Assembly: GCA_002269645.1 (NCBI GenBank)
Contig: NIVC01000399.1
Location: 186,001 to 250,000, forward strand
Length of the DNA: 64,000 nucleotides
Reading direction: 5' to 3'
Source: Macrostomum lignano
Taxonomy: Eukaryota
In this document: positions 1-12,323 of the stretch, in pieces
Layout of the letters: the number at the start of each line of letters is the position of its first letter
Position numbering within the stretch: the first letter of the stretch is position 1
The notes under the pieces: model-generated
What the model saw: the letters and a program-made list of their open reading frames with translations, nothing else
Databases searched by the model: none
Told to the model about the DNA's origin: nothing
Made by a program: the position numbers and the translations under genes

Positions 1-287
<287 letters not shown>

Positions 288-806
288 AGAAAATGTCAAT
301 ACATTAGATAGACCATAAAATTTTATACTAACAGAAGCAACTTTATTAAGTTAAGAGGCCAACTGCCTATAAGATAGATGATAGATTGTAAGGATTAAAA
401 GAATATATTCAATAGCGAATAAAGCAAGCTTCTATAAGCAGAAGAGATCAATTGTTAAATAAATAAATGTAATAAATGCTTATAGATAAATAAGTACTCT
501 GTGCAACAGAAACAAAAAATCCAAACTTACAGACAAAGATGCTAAGCAGCATACTGAATCCAAATAAGTGTTTCAACTCAAAATACAAGCATTCTCAGGT
601 TTTTGGAGAAGAGTAGGGGATCTCATTCATAAAAAGTGCATTGAAGCATCAGTGAAGAATCCAACAATGGACTCTAAACAACATCTCGGGTTGATGATGA
701 TGCAGATACGAATGCACACACACTTCAATAGAACAGAATATACACTAGTAAGAAAATATATATGGAAAATTATACAATATCAACTATCATATTGTATGTT
801 TCTCAC

Positions 807-824
807 CGGTTCTATTCCTTTCGC
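807..824 (-). CDS. Candidate 18-nt phase-1/phase-1 microexon of ANKAR
   Basis: The minus strand reads ttttag|GC GAA AGG AAT AGA ACC G|gtgag. It is in frame with the phase-1 end of the exon at 1842 and adds ERNRT plus G. No transcript support. Confidence 0.35.
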
Positions 825-1002
825 CTAAAATTGGTTATCAAAAAATTTTAATTTGAGATTAAATAAACTAAAAACTGCATATAACTCGTAGACATAAAAA
901 GTAGGAACAGACGCGCGATTAAAATGATTAATTTAAAACTGCAAAACAATTACTGTTGTTATTTGATAACATTGAGTTCTTAATGATGAAAACTGAAGGT
1001 AC

Positions 1003-1275
1003 TTTTTTGTTTTTTTATTAGCGACGGGAGGCTGTGTGCGCACAGGCACACACTCACACAGGAGTGTACAGCAGCCCTAACTTTATCTATCGTTCGTTAG
1101 GCATGTACACTTCACTGTGCCTTGGGGCCTGGGGGTTGGTCCTCTCCTAAGGCCGTTAATTGCACGAGCAGAGCCAAGCCGAGATTCCAATTTAGCCTCA
1201 AATTAATGTGACTACACTTGGAATCAAGCCTGGGCCGCTGGCACGTGATAGCACCGCGCCAGAGCAACGGCCCTC
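1003..1275 (-). mobile_element. tRNA-derived SINE, family 1, copy A
   Basis: Minus strand shows an A-box-like TGGCGCGGTG, a B-box-like GGCTTGATTCC (1220-1230) and an A-rich tail (1003-1020). About 200 nt are clearly similar to 24840-25050. Confidence 0.6.
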
Positions 1276-1841
1276 CTGAAGCCCCCTCCTGGGTCGAGTC
1301 TATATTAACAAGAGACGCAGAGAAAATCATTTAATTTCACGAATAAATTGTTAAGGGGGTAGGGGATAAGAGGGAAGGGAGTAGTCGATCTTTATGCTTT
1401 AGGCTGTACATTGTGTGTACAGTGACGAAGGGCAGAGAATTTTTTGGGGTGCGGCTCGTGCGTGCCTAAAAAGGGGAGTCGATTTTATAGTCCACGCGCC
1501 TAGAGTGTACATTAACGTAGTGGCAGAGAATATTGATTAATGTGGGGTGCCACTGCCAAGCTTATATGTACATTTTGTCGTGGAGTGAGAGCTAAAAATA
1601 GCCATGGGTAAGAGAAGATGCATAAGGGGCAAGGGAAACCCGCTGGTTTTCTATTTTTAGACTGCATGCTATCCCGAGTCCAAGAGTTCAAAGGCTTAGT
1701 CCAACCCTCGTCTAGATTTTGTTGGAATCCCTTCTAGGCCGTTGCAACTGCAATGCTCTGATGTTTTTAGTTTTTTTGGGATTTTCCGATGTACATAACA
1801 TACATAAAAAATAAATTAAAAAGCAGCAAGTAAGTTCTTAC

Positions 1842-4800
1842 CAGTAGACAGAATAGTATTATGCCTGCGCACATTCACGTCCATAGAGTTATGCAGCAGG
1901 AATGTCACAATATGCGGCTTATTGTGTACAGCGGCGTGGTGAATCAACGATAAGCCGCTTTCGTCCTGCTTGTTTAACTCGTTTTTGTGCTTGCGATACA
2001 GAGAGAAGAACATGGATTGGAGACCGCGCTGAGCGCACAGCTTCATGCCTGGTAGGTTCTGGAGAAAGTGCATGCAGTTTTTTATAATTATCGAACTTAA
2101 CGCTTAATCCTGCGTAACGCTTCAAATCCCTCCGTTACATCAGCTCCTTCCCTAATGCTTCAGATCCCTCCCTGTTATATCAGCTCCTTCCCTAATGCTT
2201 CAGATCCCTCCCTGTTACATCAGCTCCTTCCCTAATGCTTCAGATCTCTCCCTGTTACATCAGCTCCTTCCCTAATGCTTCAGATCCCTCCCTGTTACAT
2301 CAGCTCCTTCCCTAATGCTTCAGATCCCTCCCTGTTATATCAGCTCCTTCCCTAATGCTTCAGATCCCTCCCTGTTATATCAGATCCTTCCCTAATGCTT
2401 CAGATCCCTCCCTGTTATATCAGCTTCACTAATGCTTAAGATCCCTCCCTGTTATATCAGCTTCCCTAATGCTTCAGATCCCTCCCTGTTATATCAGCTT
2501 CACTAATGCTTAAGATCCCTCCCTGTTATATCAGCTTCCCTAATGCTTCAGATCCCTCCCTGTTATATCAGATTCTTCCCTAATGCTTCAGATCCCTCCC
2601 TGTTATATCAGCTTCACTAATGCTTAAGATCCCTCCCTGTTATATCAGCTTCCCTAATGCTTCAGATCCCTCCCTGTTATATCAGCTTCCCTAATGCTTC
2701 AGATCCCTCCCTGTTATATCAGCTTCCCTAATGCTTCAGATCCCTCCCTGTTACATCAGATCCTGCTCAGATCCCTCCCCGAAGCTTGAGAACTCTCAAT
2801 GATGCGCCAGAGAACTCCACCACAAACCTTGTGACACTTGATAGCCTTCTTCTGCCCGAAGAACTTCTTAAACTGATCAAAAAGCTGCGCCTCCTGCATC
2901 GGCAATTTCTTTTGCTGCATCGCCCTGGCCATTTCTTCGTACATCGCCCGAACCCATTTGGGCTTCTGCGGCTGCTGAGGATAGAAAGTCTCTAGCTGGA
3001 TTGGGATCACGTAGTACCTTGGCGGGTGAGAAGTTGGCTTCATCAAATTAGTCCAGTTTCAGAATTAGTTTTTTTAAATAATATAACTGTCCTATATACT
3101 GAATGACCCTGAACCTAATATTATAAATCCCGATTCTATAATGATCCCAAATATTTAATGACTTACATTCCGAATTTCAAATTACACTCTAATCCCTTTA
3201 GAATGCAAATCCGAAATGACCTAATGACTCAAATCCAAGATGACTTAAATCCCTAAAGACTCAAATCCCAAAAGACTCAAATTCCAAAGGACTCAAATCC
3301 CAAATGACTCATACCCCTTATGACTCAAATTGCAAATGATTCATATCCCTAATGACTTCAATTCCTAATGATTCAAACCCTTTGACACAGATCCTAGAAT
3401 CAAATCCCAAATGACTCATAACCCTTATGACTCAAATCCCAAATGACCAAATCCCTAATTATATGTACTTAAATGTCAGAATGACTCAATCCCCAAATCC
3501 TGATTCCATAGCGGCCCGAAGTTCCCTACTAACCCCAAATAACACTGGCAGAGATCAAATTAGCCAGTCTGATCACCTGCGCATATCGATCTCCACCGTG
3601 CCAACCGGGTAGTGCTCCAGCGGCGGCGCATCGGGCCCAGCCCTGGCTCGAATGTCGGCTGCCTCGCGTTCGATCTGCTCGTATAGCGGCCGGCTGATCT
3701 CCCGGTCGGCGGCTAGCGACGTCGGCTGAGGAGTCTCAATTTCGAACGACACCCCTCCGTGCAGGCTGAAGTACTGATTTGGCGGGAATGAAAAATTTCG
3801 ACAGCAAAATTCCGGACTGACAATGGTAGGCGGCAGTTCCCGCTCGGTCTTGACGTCATCTCCGATCAGGGGGGACAGCAGCGCGGACAGGTCGGGGATT
3901 CGCATCCGGCGTTTGATCCCGATGAAGAATGGGATTAGGAAGCTGGCCAGTTTGAGTAGCAGCAGGTTCCTGTGGCTGTGCTCGTTGCGGTCCAGGTGCG
4001 CTTGGATGGCCTCGGCTTGGCGCTGCAGGCGCGAGTTTAGCAACTCGTAGCTAAAATTTTATATGTACTCAAAATATTGGCATATAGGAAGAATCATTTT
4101 GGGATTTGGGGAGAATCATTTTGGGATTTGGGAAGAATCATTTTGGGATTTGGGAAGAATCTTTTTGGGATTTGGGCAGAATCAATTTGGATTTGGAAAA
4201 AATCTTTTCGGGATGTGGGAAGAATCAATTTAGGATTTGGAAAGAATCATTTTGGGATTTGGGAAGAATCAATTTAGGATTTGGAAAGAATAATTTTGGG
4301 ATTTGGGAAGAATCAATTTAGGATTTGGAAAGAATCATTTTGGGATTTGGGAAGAATCATTTTGGGATTTGGGAAGAATCAATTTGGGATTTGGGAAGAA
4401 TAATTTTGGGATTTTGGAAGAATCATTTTGGGATTTGGGAAGAATCATTTTGGGGTTTGGGAAGAATCAATTTAGGATTTGGGAAGAATCAATTTGGGAT
4501 TTGGGAAGAATCATTTTGGGATTTGGGAAGAATCATTTTGGGATTTGGGAAGAATCATTTTGGGATTTGGGAAGAATCATTTTGGGATTTGGGAAGAATC
4601 ATTTTGGGATTTGGGAAGAGTCAATTTCGGATTTGAGAAGAATAAATTTGGGATTTGGGAAGAATCAATTGGGGATTTGGGAAGATTTGTTTTGGGATCC
4701 GGAAAGAATAAGTGGGATCTGTGAAGACTAGTAGAGTCAGGGAAAATGGAAAAGAATAATTTTGGGATTCGGGAAAATGGAAAGAAGTGTTGTGCTCTTA

Positions 4801-7800
4801 GCGCAAATAATCATACATGCGCAACAGTCGGCCGAGTCGGCCGATCCGGCCGACTGATTTGGCAGCCAACCAAGGAAGTCGCAAAAAATGCCCACCCAAA
4901 AAATACCCACGCAGTAGTACTAAGTAGCTGACGAGGCATTTTTGCCTGATAAGACAGTCATAGTTACTCCCGCCGTTTACCCAAAGTTGCGTTAATTTTG
5001 CTTTAGGGTTTTTTTACATGTAAGTCGCATTTTTGGCCAAAAACTACGTCGCATTTTTGTTAAAACTAAGTCGCACGGCCGACCGAATTTTGGACGTTGC
5101 GCATGTATGCAAATAATCGTAAGAGTTTGAGATGGTTATAAATAATCAACAATCCCTCACCCCTCTTCGTCAATCTCTTCCTCAGTGAGCAGGATCTGCG
5201 ACATCACGGTCCAATCGGCGTCCACAAAGCTCATATTTTTGTATGAGAGCACCGAGCGCTGCTTCATAGTGAGGCACATTCGCATGCAGTCGGCCAAGTC
5301 TGTGAAAGCCTTTCGATCCTTGGCCAGCTTCGGATCGTTGGGATCCTCGACTGGCAGATCGGCGTAGACAGACTCCCAGCCTTCCTCCTGGCAACAGAAA
5401 GTTAATAAAAAATCAATAACATTCGGCCAAATTAATAGAGATTCCCCGCTACATCGCACAATAGCAAGGGATTCCCTACTGATTCCCAGATATTAAAGTA
5501 AATTAAGTAGATTACTATTCACACTGTTTATAGGATTACTAATATTAACAAATTGGTTCCCCGAAATCTAGAGATTCCCTACAATCAATTGGATTCACCG
5601 ATCCAGGGAAACCCAATACAGTGATTCCCAATCCAGAGATCCCCAATCCAGGGATTCCCGATACAGAGATCCCCCAATCCAGGGATTCCCGATACAGAGA
5701 TCCCCCAATCCGGGATTCCCGATACAGAGAATCCCAATCCAGGGATTTCCGATACAGAGACCCCCAACCTAGGGATTCCCGATGCAGAGATCCCCAATCC
5801 AGGGATTCCCGATACAGAGATCCCCCAAGCCAGGGATTCCCGATACAGAGATCCCCAATCCAGAGATTCCTGATACAGAGATCCCCCAGTCCAGAGATTC
5901 CCGATACAGAGATCCCCCAGTCCAGTGATTCCCGATACAGAGATTCCCCCAATCCAGGGATTCCCGATACAGAGATCCCTTAATCCAGGGATTCCCGACA
6001 CAGAGATTCCCCCAATCCAGGGATTCCCGACACAGAGATTCCCCAATCCAGGGATTCCCGACACAGATTCCCCCAATCCAGGGATTCCCGATACAGATCC
6101 CCCCAATCCAGGGATTCCCGACACAGAGATTCCCCCTATCCAAGGATTCCCGACACAGAGATTCCCAATCATCAATAGGATCGCCAATCAGCAACATAAA
6201 TAGCTAAGCTAACCTTAGTGACATCGGTGAGTCCAGCTGCCACAAACTCGTTAAGAATGACCTTCAATGTCTCCGGCTTGCCCGTAGCACTATTAACAGC
6301 CAAAGTTGATCGCCAACGCTCCGCAAACTTTACTCGCTTCTCTCTAACCATATGACAGCCGTGCCACAGGCTTTTAATAGCGCAATCAACAGCCAGCATT
6401 GTTTGGCCAATTTTTGTATCAACGTAAGCTGGCGGCAGTTGAACCGAACTGGCCTGATCGTAATTAGTTTCCAAGGCGAGCTGTGGCCACTGATTGCAGC
6501 CGAATATGCCAATGGTGAGCTCGCGAATGATCTGATGCACCTATGTTAGAATAAAATTGATTAATTGTTAATGTGTTTAAGATTTACTTTTAGTAGGATA
6601 TTGAGACAATTGATATTTGATATTAATATGATTTTGTATAACCAATTTTGCGTTAAAAATCCGATACTATTACTTACAGTAGCGACAGTGTGCTTCAAAA
6701 ACAGTCTGACTGTAACTAATCTAATGGGAATTTCATTTATTTAGAGTATTAATCTTATTCATATAAGCTATGGTTTATATGTGAAATTGGAAGATGTCCA
6801 GGTTCACGGGGGGTGCGAAGATGCCAATTCTCACGGGGGGAATTGATGAGATGCCAATTCTCACGGGGGGAATTGCTGAGATGTCAAGGCTCACGGGGGG
6901 AATTGCTGAGATGCCAATTCTCACGGGGAATTGCTGAGATGTCAAGGTTCACAGGGGAATTGCTGAGATGTCAAGGCTCACGAGGGGAATTGCTGAGATG
7001 TCAAGGTACACGGGGGGAATTGCTGAGATGTCAAGGCTTATGAAGTGAATTGCTGAGATGTCAAGGCTCACGTGGGGAATTGCTGAGATGTCAAGGCTCA
7101 CGGGGGGAATTGCTGAGATGTCAAGGTTCACGGGGGAATTGCTGAGATGTCAAGGCTCACGGGGGAATTGCTGAGATGTCAAGGCTCACGGGGGGAATTG
7201 CTGAGATGTCAAGGCTCACGGGGGAATTGCTGAGATGTCAAGGCTCACGGGGGGAATTGCTGAGATGTCAAGGTTCACAGGGGAATTGCTGAGATGTCAA
7301 GGTTCACGGGGGGAATTGCTGAGATGTCAAGGTTCACAGGGGAATTGCTGAGATGTCAAGGTTCACAGGGGAATTGCTGAGATGTCAAGGTTCACAGGGG
7401 AATTGCTGAGATGTCAAGGCTCACGGGGGGAATTGCTGAGATGTCAAGGCTCACGGGGGAATTGCTGAGATGTCAAGGCTCACGGGGGGAATTGCTGAGA
7501 TGTCAAGGTTCACAGGGGAATTGCTGAGATGTCAAGGTTCACAGGGGAATTGCTGAGATGTCAAGGCTCACGGGGGAATTGCTGAGATGTCAAGGCTCAC
7601 GGGGGAATTGCTGAGATGTCAAGGCTCACGGGGGAATTGCTGAGATGTCAAGGCTCACGGGGGAATTGCTGAGATGTCAAGGCTCACGGGGGGAATTGCT
7701 GAGATGTCAAGGTTCACAGGGGAATTGCTGAGATGTCAAGGTTCACAGGGGAATTGCTGAGATGTCAAGGACTCAAGGCCAATGAGGGAATTGCTGAAAT

Positions 7801-8155
7801 GAAACAAACATGAAATGAATGTATAACTAAACGAAAACAAAAAAGTTCATCAATTTACTTCTTTAAAGTCCAGCGGAGCATGCGGCATATCGGGCACTGG
7901 CAGCAGGACAAAATGCAGTGCTGGATCTGCCAGTTTAGCACTGGTCACAATGCCCAATGGATGCTCGATTGGCAGTTTAAACTCTGGCGACAGAAGCCAG
8001 TTGGAGCTCGCCCAACACAGCAGCTCCTGCTGTTCGTAGCGCTCCAATCGTTCGAAAAATGTTGTTGCCATGCGGCTGGCTTCCTGCATCTCCACATCGT
8101 CCTCGGCTGTGCCAGCCGTGTCCGACTTTTTGCCTTCGGACGCCTTCGAGGACAT
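1842..8155 (-). CDS. ANKAR: Ankyrin and armadillo repeat-containing protein, 5' part. Coding exons 7859-8155, 6214-6540, 5161-5387, 3577-4050, 2828-3017, 1842-2058; continues beyond position 1
   Basis: Six exons join in frame at GT-AG sites (phases 0,0,2,2,0,1). Motifs LDFKEVHQIIRELTIG, NYDQASSVQLPPAYVDTKIGQ, LKLASFLIPF, VKTERELPP, YYVIPIQLETFY and LIHHAAVHN match vertebrate ANKAR as I recall it (LDYREVHQMIRELAIG, ANYDQSSSCQLPPAYYDTRIGQ, KTERELPP). Confidence 0.92.
2119..2765. repeat. 37-40 bp minisatellite (cagatccctccctgttatatcagctccttccctaatgctt), ANKAR intron 5
   Basis: Direct tandem copies visible. Confidence 0.95.
3190..3500. repeat. Degenerate ~16-bp tandem repeat (aatgactcaaatccc), ANKAR intron 4
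   Basis: Recurrent atgactc/aaatccc motif. Confidence 0.7.
4085..4720. repeat. 22-bp minisatellite (ttttgggatttgggaagaatca), ANKAR intron 3
   Basis: Direct tandem copies; these produce the repetitive ORFs in 4077-4731. Confidence 0.95.
4812..5109. mobile_element. hAT-like MITE (298 bp) carrying a 28S rDNA fragment
   Basis: TIR CATACATGCGCAAC at both ends; 8-bp TSD CAAATAAT at 4804-4811 and 5110-5117. Confidence 0.8.
4919..4982 (-). pseudogene. 28S rRNA-derived fragment (helix 69-71 region) inside a MITE
   Basis: Minus strand GGGTAAACGGCGGGAGTAACTATGACTGTCTTATCAGGCAAAAATGCCTCGTCAGCTACTTAGT, compared with conserved eukaryotic 28S GGGTAAACGGCGGGAGTAACTATGACTCTCTTAAGGTAGCCAAATGCCTCGTCATCTAATTAGT. 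Confidence 0.8.
5590..6170. repeat. ~31-bp minisatellite (cccccaatccagggattcccgatacagagat), ANKAR intron 2
   Basis: Direct tandem copies. Confidence 0.95.
6790..7790. repeat. 29-30 bp minisatellite (ggggaattgctgagatgtcaaggctcacgg), ANKAR intron 1
   Basis: Direct tandem copies with degenerate edges. Confidence 0.96.
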
Positions 8156-8559
8156 GGTTGCTTGCGGAGCGATTAAAATTATACAGGCTGGATTATTGCA
8201 TGAATTTAAATTGTTTAATTAGAGATATCACTCTTATTTGTGAAGAGAAATTCCTATCTTAGGTAGGAGCACAGATCCTAGAATAACTAGATGGGCCACT
8301 CAGCACATTTGCGTGTAAGCTACTTTCAGTTCAGTAGTAAGTTAAACAGAAGAATTTTAATGTATTTTAAAAGCCAAGACTCGTTTATGGCTCTTAACTC
8401 AACCAGCTTAAACCCCCTTCCAGCCGCGTCTTTCCACACTTACCCCCCGCCCAAATTTTTATTGCCTTTCTCGGAATTCGGAAGCTGCCATGTACATTTC
8501 AGTGGACTGGCCAATGTACATTGTGGCTGAACCAATTAGCAAGTTGTTTTCACCTGCAA

Positions 8560-11500
8560 GCTTGGGCTTCTAAACTTATCAAACTCATTTCAGCTGGCAT
8601 TAGTTTCACAAAATAGCTTATGTATTCTTCTTTGCTACTGAAATGAAAGTAGAAAGCTGTTTTACCAAGTATATATACCTGGGTGGCTCATCTAGTTATT
8701 TTAGTATCTGTAGGTAGGAGACAGTGACTTCTTTCTTATAAAGAGAGCTAGAAAAAATAAGTTAAGCTTATATGTTGTAAAACTATTAAAAATACAAAAA
8801 AACGATGTAGTTGTTATATGATATCTTAAAAAATAATGCTTGAAACTTGAAATTTGAATTGAAAAATTCTCTAAAAGAAGTCACAACTACCATGGTATGG
8901 CATAAGATATAATTTAAAAAGCCTAAAAATATGTGCCATGAAATCAAAAGCTTTTTGGTCACCTCTTTTTCCAACTCTTGTCACTCTCATTTTATACTAA
9001 GAATACTATATTCTTTTTTAATTTAGAAAAATGTAGAAAAATAAATCATATTTCAATTTTAATAAGAGGCATTCAAGACAAGTTTAGAGCTCAATAGTCC
9101 AAATCATGATATTAGTATATCAATGATCAAATTCAAATCAATTTTCTAACTTTTTATGCATTATTAAAAATTAGCTATTAAAATATAAAAAATATAATTA
9201 ATTGTCTATTGTCTTTTATTAGCTATTTCATATAAAAATCTACTTATATTATTTATATAAATGCCAATTGTTAAATTTTTGTCTTATTTCTACTTAATAT
9301 ACTCTTTGCTTTGGTTTATATGTTTAGTATTATAAACTGGTATTACTATTGGTATACCACTTTTATATGCAATTTGTTTCCTAACTTCTAGGCCATAATA
9401 AAAAATCATAGAATTTTTAATGCTATATAAATTTTTTAAAAGTATGATTTGAAATTTCAATTGTTATTATAAACTTTTTTAATGTTGAATATATAGGAAA
9501 CATGGAGATCATCTTGAATATATACTTAACAACATAATAAAGTTGCCAAATTTGAGTGTGCAATAAATTCTAGCTCAGTATTGAATTTTGAATGATATAA
9601 CTTATGCCATGTGATGTAAAGTTAGGCTAGGTGAGAAGGGATTAAGAAGAGCAGAGGGCAAAGATTGGATGGATTGAAGCTTCTATCCAGTTTTTATTGC
9701 TTTTCAAACATTTTTCAAGCATCAACATGGTTGGCCAGATGATAGATGCTAGTTGAAAACATTGCTCACTAGGGCAAAGGGTGGCAACTTTTCAATGCTG
9801 CTGAGTGTATATAAATATAGATTCAAAATACATTATAAAATGCCAATATATACCAAACTTTCTGATTTTAGTTATACTTTGAAGTTAAACTTTAGTGTTC
9901 CGCCATAAAGAGGGTCCATGTACCATAGCCGTAGCCATAAGCAAAACTATGGCTTATTCCAATTCTCCATATTCTGTAGCCATAGGGAATTCAATATTAC
10001 CCTATTCCCATAGCTCCCATAGCTATAGCCAAAGTTTTAACAAAAAGTCTAGAAAACAAAATACTTTGAATCAAGAAGATAACCTAGTGCTTAAACAACT
10101 GCAAATTAAGTTAGAAAATAAAAGAAACACTTGATTGCCTTTGTAAGATTATATTTTGTCTTTTTTTCAGAGCAACAATACTTAATTGTTACTGAAAGTA
10201 CCAATGCTGAACTGTTTCACATTAATAAAAATTAGAGTTTTCTAGTGTTTTATTGTACTTTATTAGGTATATTTTAACAGTTTGTAAGTTCATAATACAG
10301 TTTACTAAAAGTATCTTTGTTTTACTCTACTTGTTTCTAATATTTTTTTTTAATTTTTTAACATTAATAACTACAGCTACGGGAATCTACAGAATATGAC
10401 AACAACTACCATATTTCCATATTTGTAGCTGTAAGAGCAGCTAGCTACTGTAGGCGTATCTGTAGCTGCTATAGGCACCTATTTTACCGTATTTGCCATA
10501 GGATCCCATAGCCGTAGCTTCATATAGCATGTCTTAATTGTTAAATGGTATGCCAAAAGATCTTTTAATATATTTTGTACACAATGACCCATGTATATGC
10601 CAATTATTCTAGCTTGTATACTAGAAATTTCTAATAGGCCTATACATGATATGATCTTTAGTATAATGCTAATATTATAAGGTATTGAATTATCATAGAA
10701 AAAACAAACTTACTATTGCCAAGCAATATTTACAGTATGAATTTCTGGCTTATCCTGTATATTTTTAATGATATTAGAGGCATATTTCAATAGTGGAGAT
10801 CATGCTAAAATATGCATATAATATGCAAAATGAAAATCAATAAGTCTAAACTGAGATCTATATATTAAAAATGGTTTGCCAGTATCTATATGATTGGTTA
10901 GAGAATTTAATTCTAAACTTTTATCATTTAGCCCCCAATGATTTTTTGGACATTGTACTGATAGGAATATTTGGCCTATTGACTATATATGAATATATTA
11001 TCATATTAAGTCCAAAAGTGATAATTTTAGAAATTTGAACAAAAATTATAATGTCCTCTATTCATTTACATATATGTCTAATATCTATAGAGTATTGAGA
11101 GAATATATAGACATTGATTTAATATTAAGATTTCAAATATATCCCCAACTGTCATATGCTTCATTGCTAACTTATAAGCACTTGAGCTGACCCCTTGGCT
11201 TCAGGCTGTTATTGCCTGCCGCTCCCACCTGTTCTGCGAGTGTGTGTGCACAAGGGGCCTCCCCTCTGCATCTTAATATATATATTAATTAATTATATTA
11301 CTATATATTGACATTGAGTTGCAATGTATAGTTTTTCAAGATACCCATAATGGAAGAATCTTATAAATTGGCCATATAGCTGTACATACCAAATAGTACA
11401 TACAATTGAATAATGAAAATCTTATTTAGAATGTAGGAATTTTAGAAGAGTAATTTTATCTAGAGATACAATCAAAATGACAATAGTGGGATGGTAAAAA

Positions 11501-11950
11501 TAACAAAGTAAAAATGGTGAAAATTAAACTAATTTCCTAGACAGTAAGTAGGCCTAAAATGACAAATGGATTTTCCATGTATGTGGTGTATCCCCAACCT
11601 TAGTTGTGTGGCTTATCTATTATCTATTAGAGATACAACAGTATGGTATATTGATTGCTTTTTTGTTATTGTTGAAGCGCCACACAAAACACACTCATAA
11701 TGCTTGAGATATAAGACCTAAAAATCAACCAGTCTTAAACACAAACATTACACAACAATGAACTTAAATGATTAGATAACAATTAAAACAGTTAGTAGTG
11801 AATCCTGACTTAAGATTAATATCATATTTTCTTAATATTCTGACCATATTCTTCAACACTTATCATTATCAATAAATATACATAGCTACAAAACTCATAG
11901 GACATGAAAAGCGATTCTGAACTTCTTTTCTTTGAAAACTCATGTGTTAG
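8560..11950. other. AT-rich, CpG-eroded block upstream of the ANKAR start codon
   Basis: CpG is rare by eye compared with the flanks. Contains a CpG-decayed copy (9505-9820) of 13570-13870. Confidence 0.75.
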
Positions 11951-12239
11951 AAGTGGTTTATTATTTTTCTTAGAGACAAACTTTTGCGCTTAAAATCTAT
12001 ATAAAAATATTTAAATAGTTCAATTAAAATTATTTTTTTCAGTTATTAACAGTTTTTGACGATCAAAGCGCATCAAATATATAATGTTTTGTTAATACGC
12101 TTACGTTAAAAAAGTGAACACTCCGCGACTCTACATTTCTAGTTTGAATTGAAATACGTACTACTACTACTGTCCTGATTTTAATATGAATAAATTTTCT
12201 TCGCCTTTCCATACTGCAGCACACAGTACTAGTCAGTAT

Positions 12240-12323
12240 CAGTAGTGGCGGCGCAGCGGGGGTTACCGGTGGTCCCCCGGGGGGTACAGCCCCCCCCCCC
12301 GCCTCCCCCCTGCGCCCCCACTG
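12240..12323. mobile_element. 84-bp GC-rich hAT-like MITE
   Basis: Imperfect TIR cagt(a)g(t)ggcggcgcag / ctgcgcccccactg; 8-bp TSD GTCAGTAT at 12232-12239 and 12324-12331. Confidence 0.7.

Noticed and set aside
4919-4982. 28S rRNA gene (also 35098-35161)
   Set aside because: Only 64 nt, mutated, and embedded in TIR/TSD-bounded elements with no other rDNA nearby.
4077-7131. Multiple overlapping ORFs at 4077-4731, 5545-6203 and 6813-7131
   Set aside because: Translations of intronic minisatellites.
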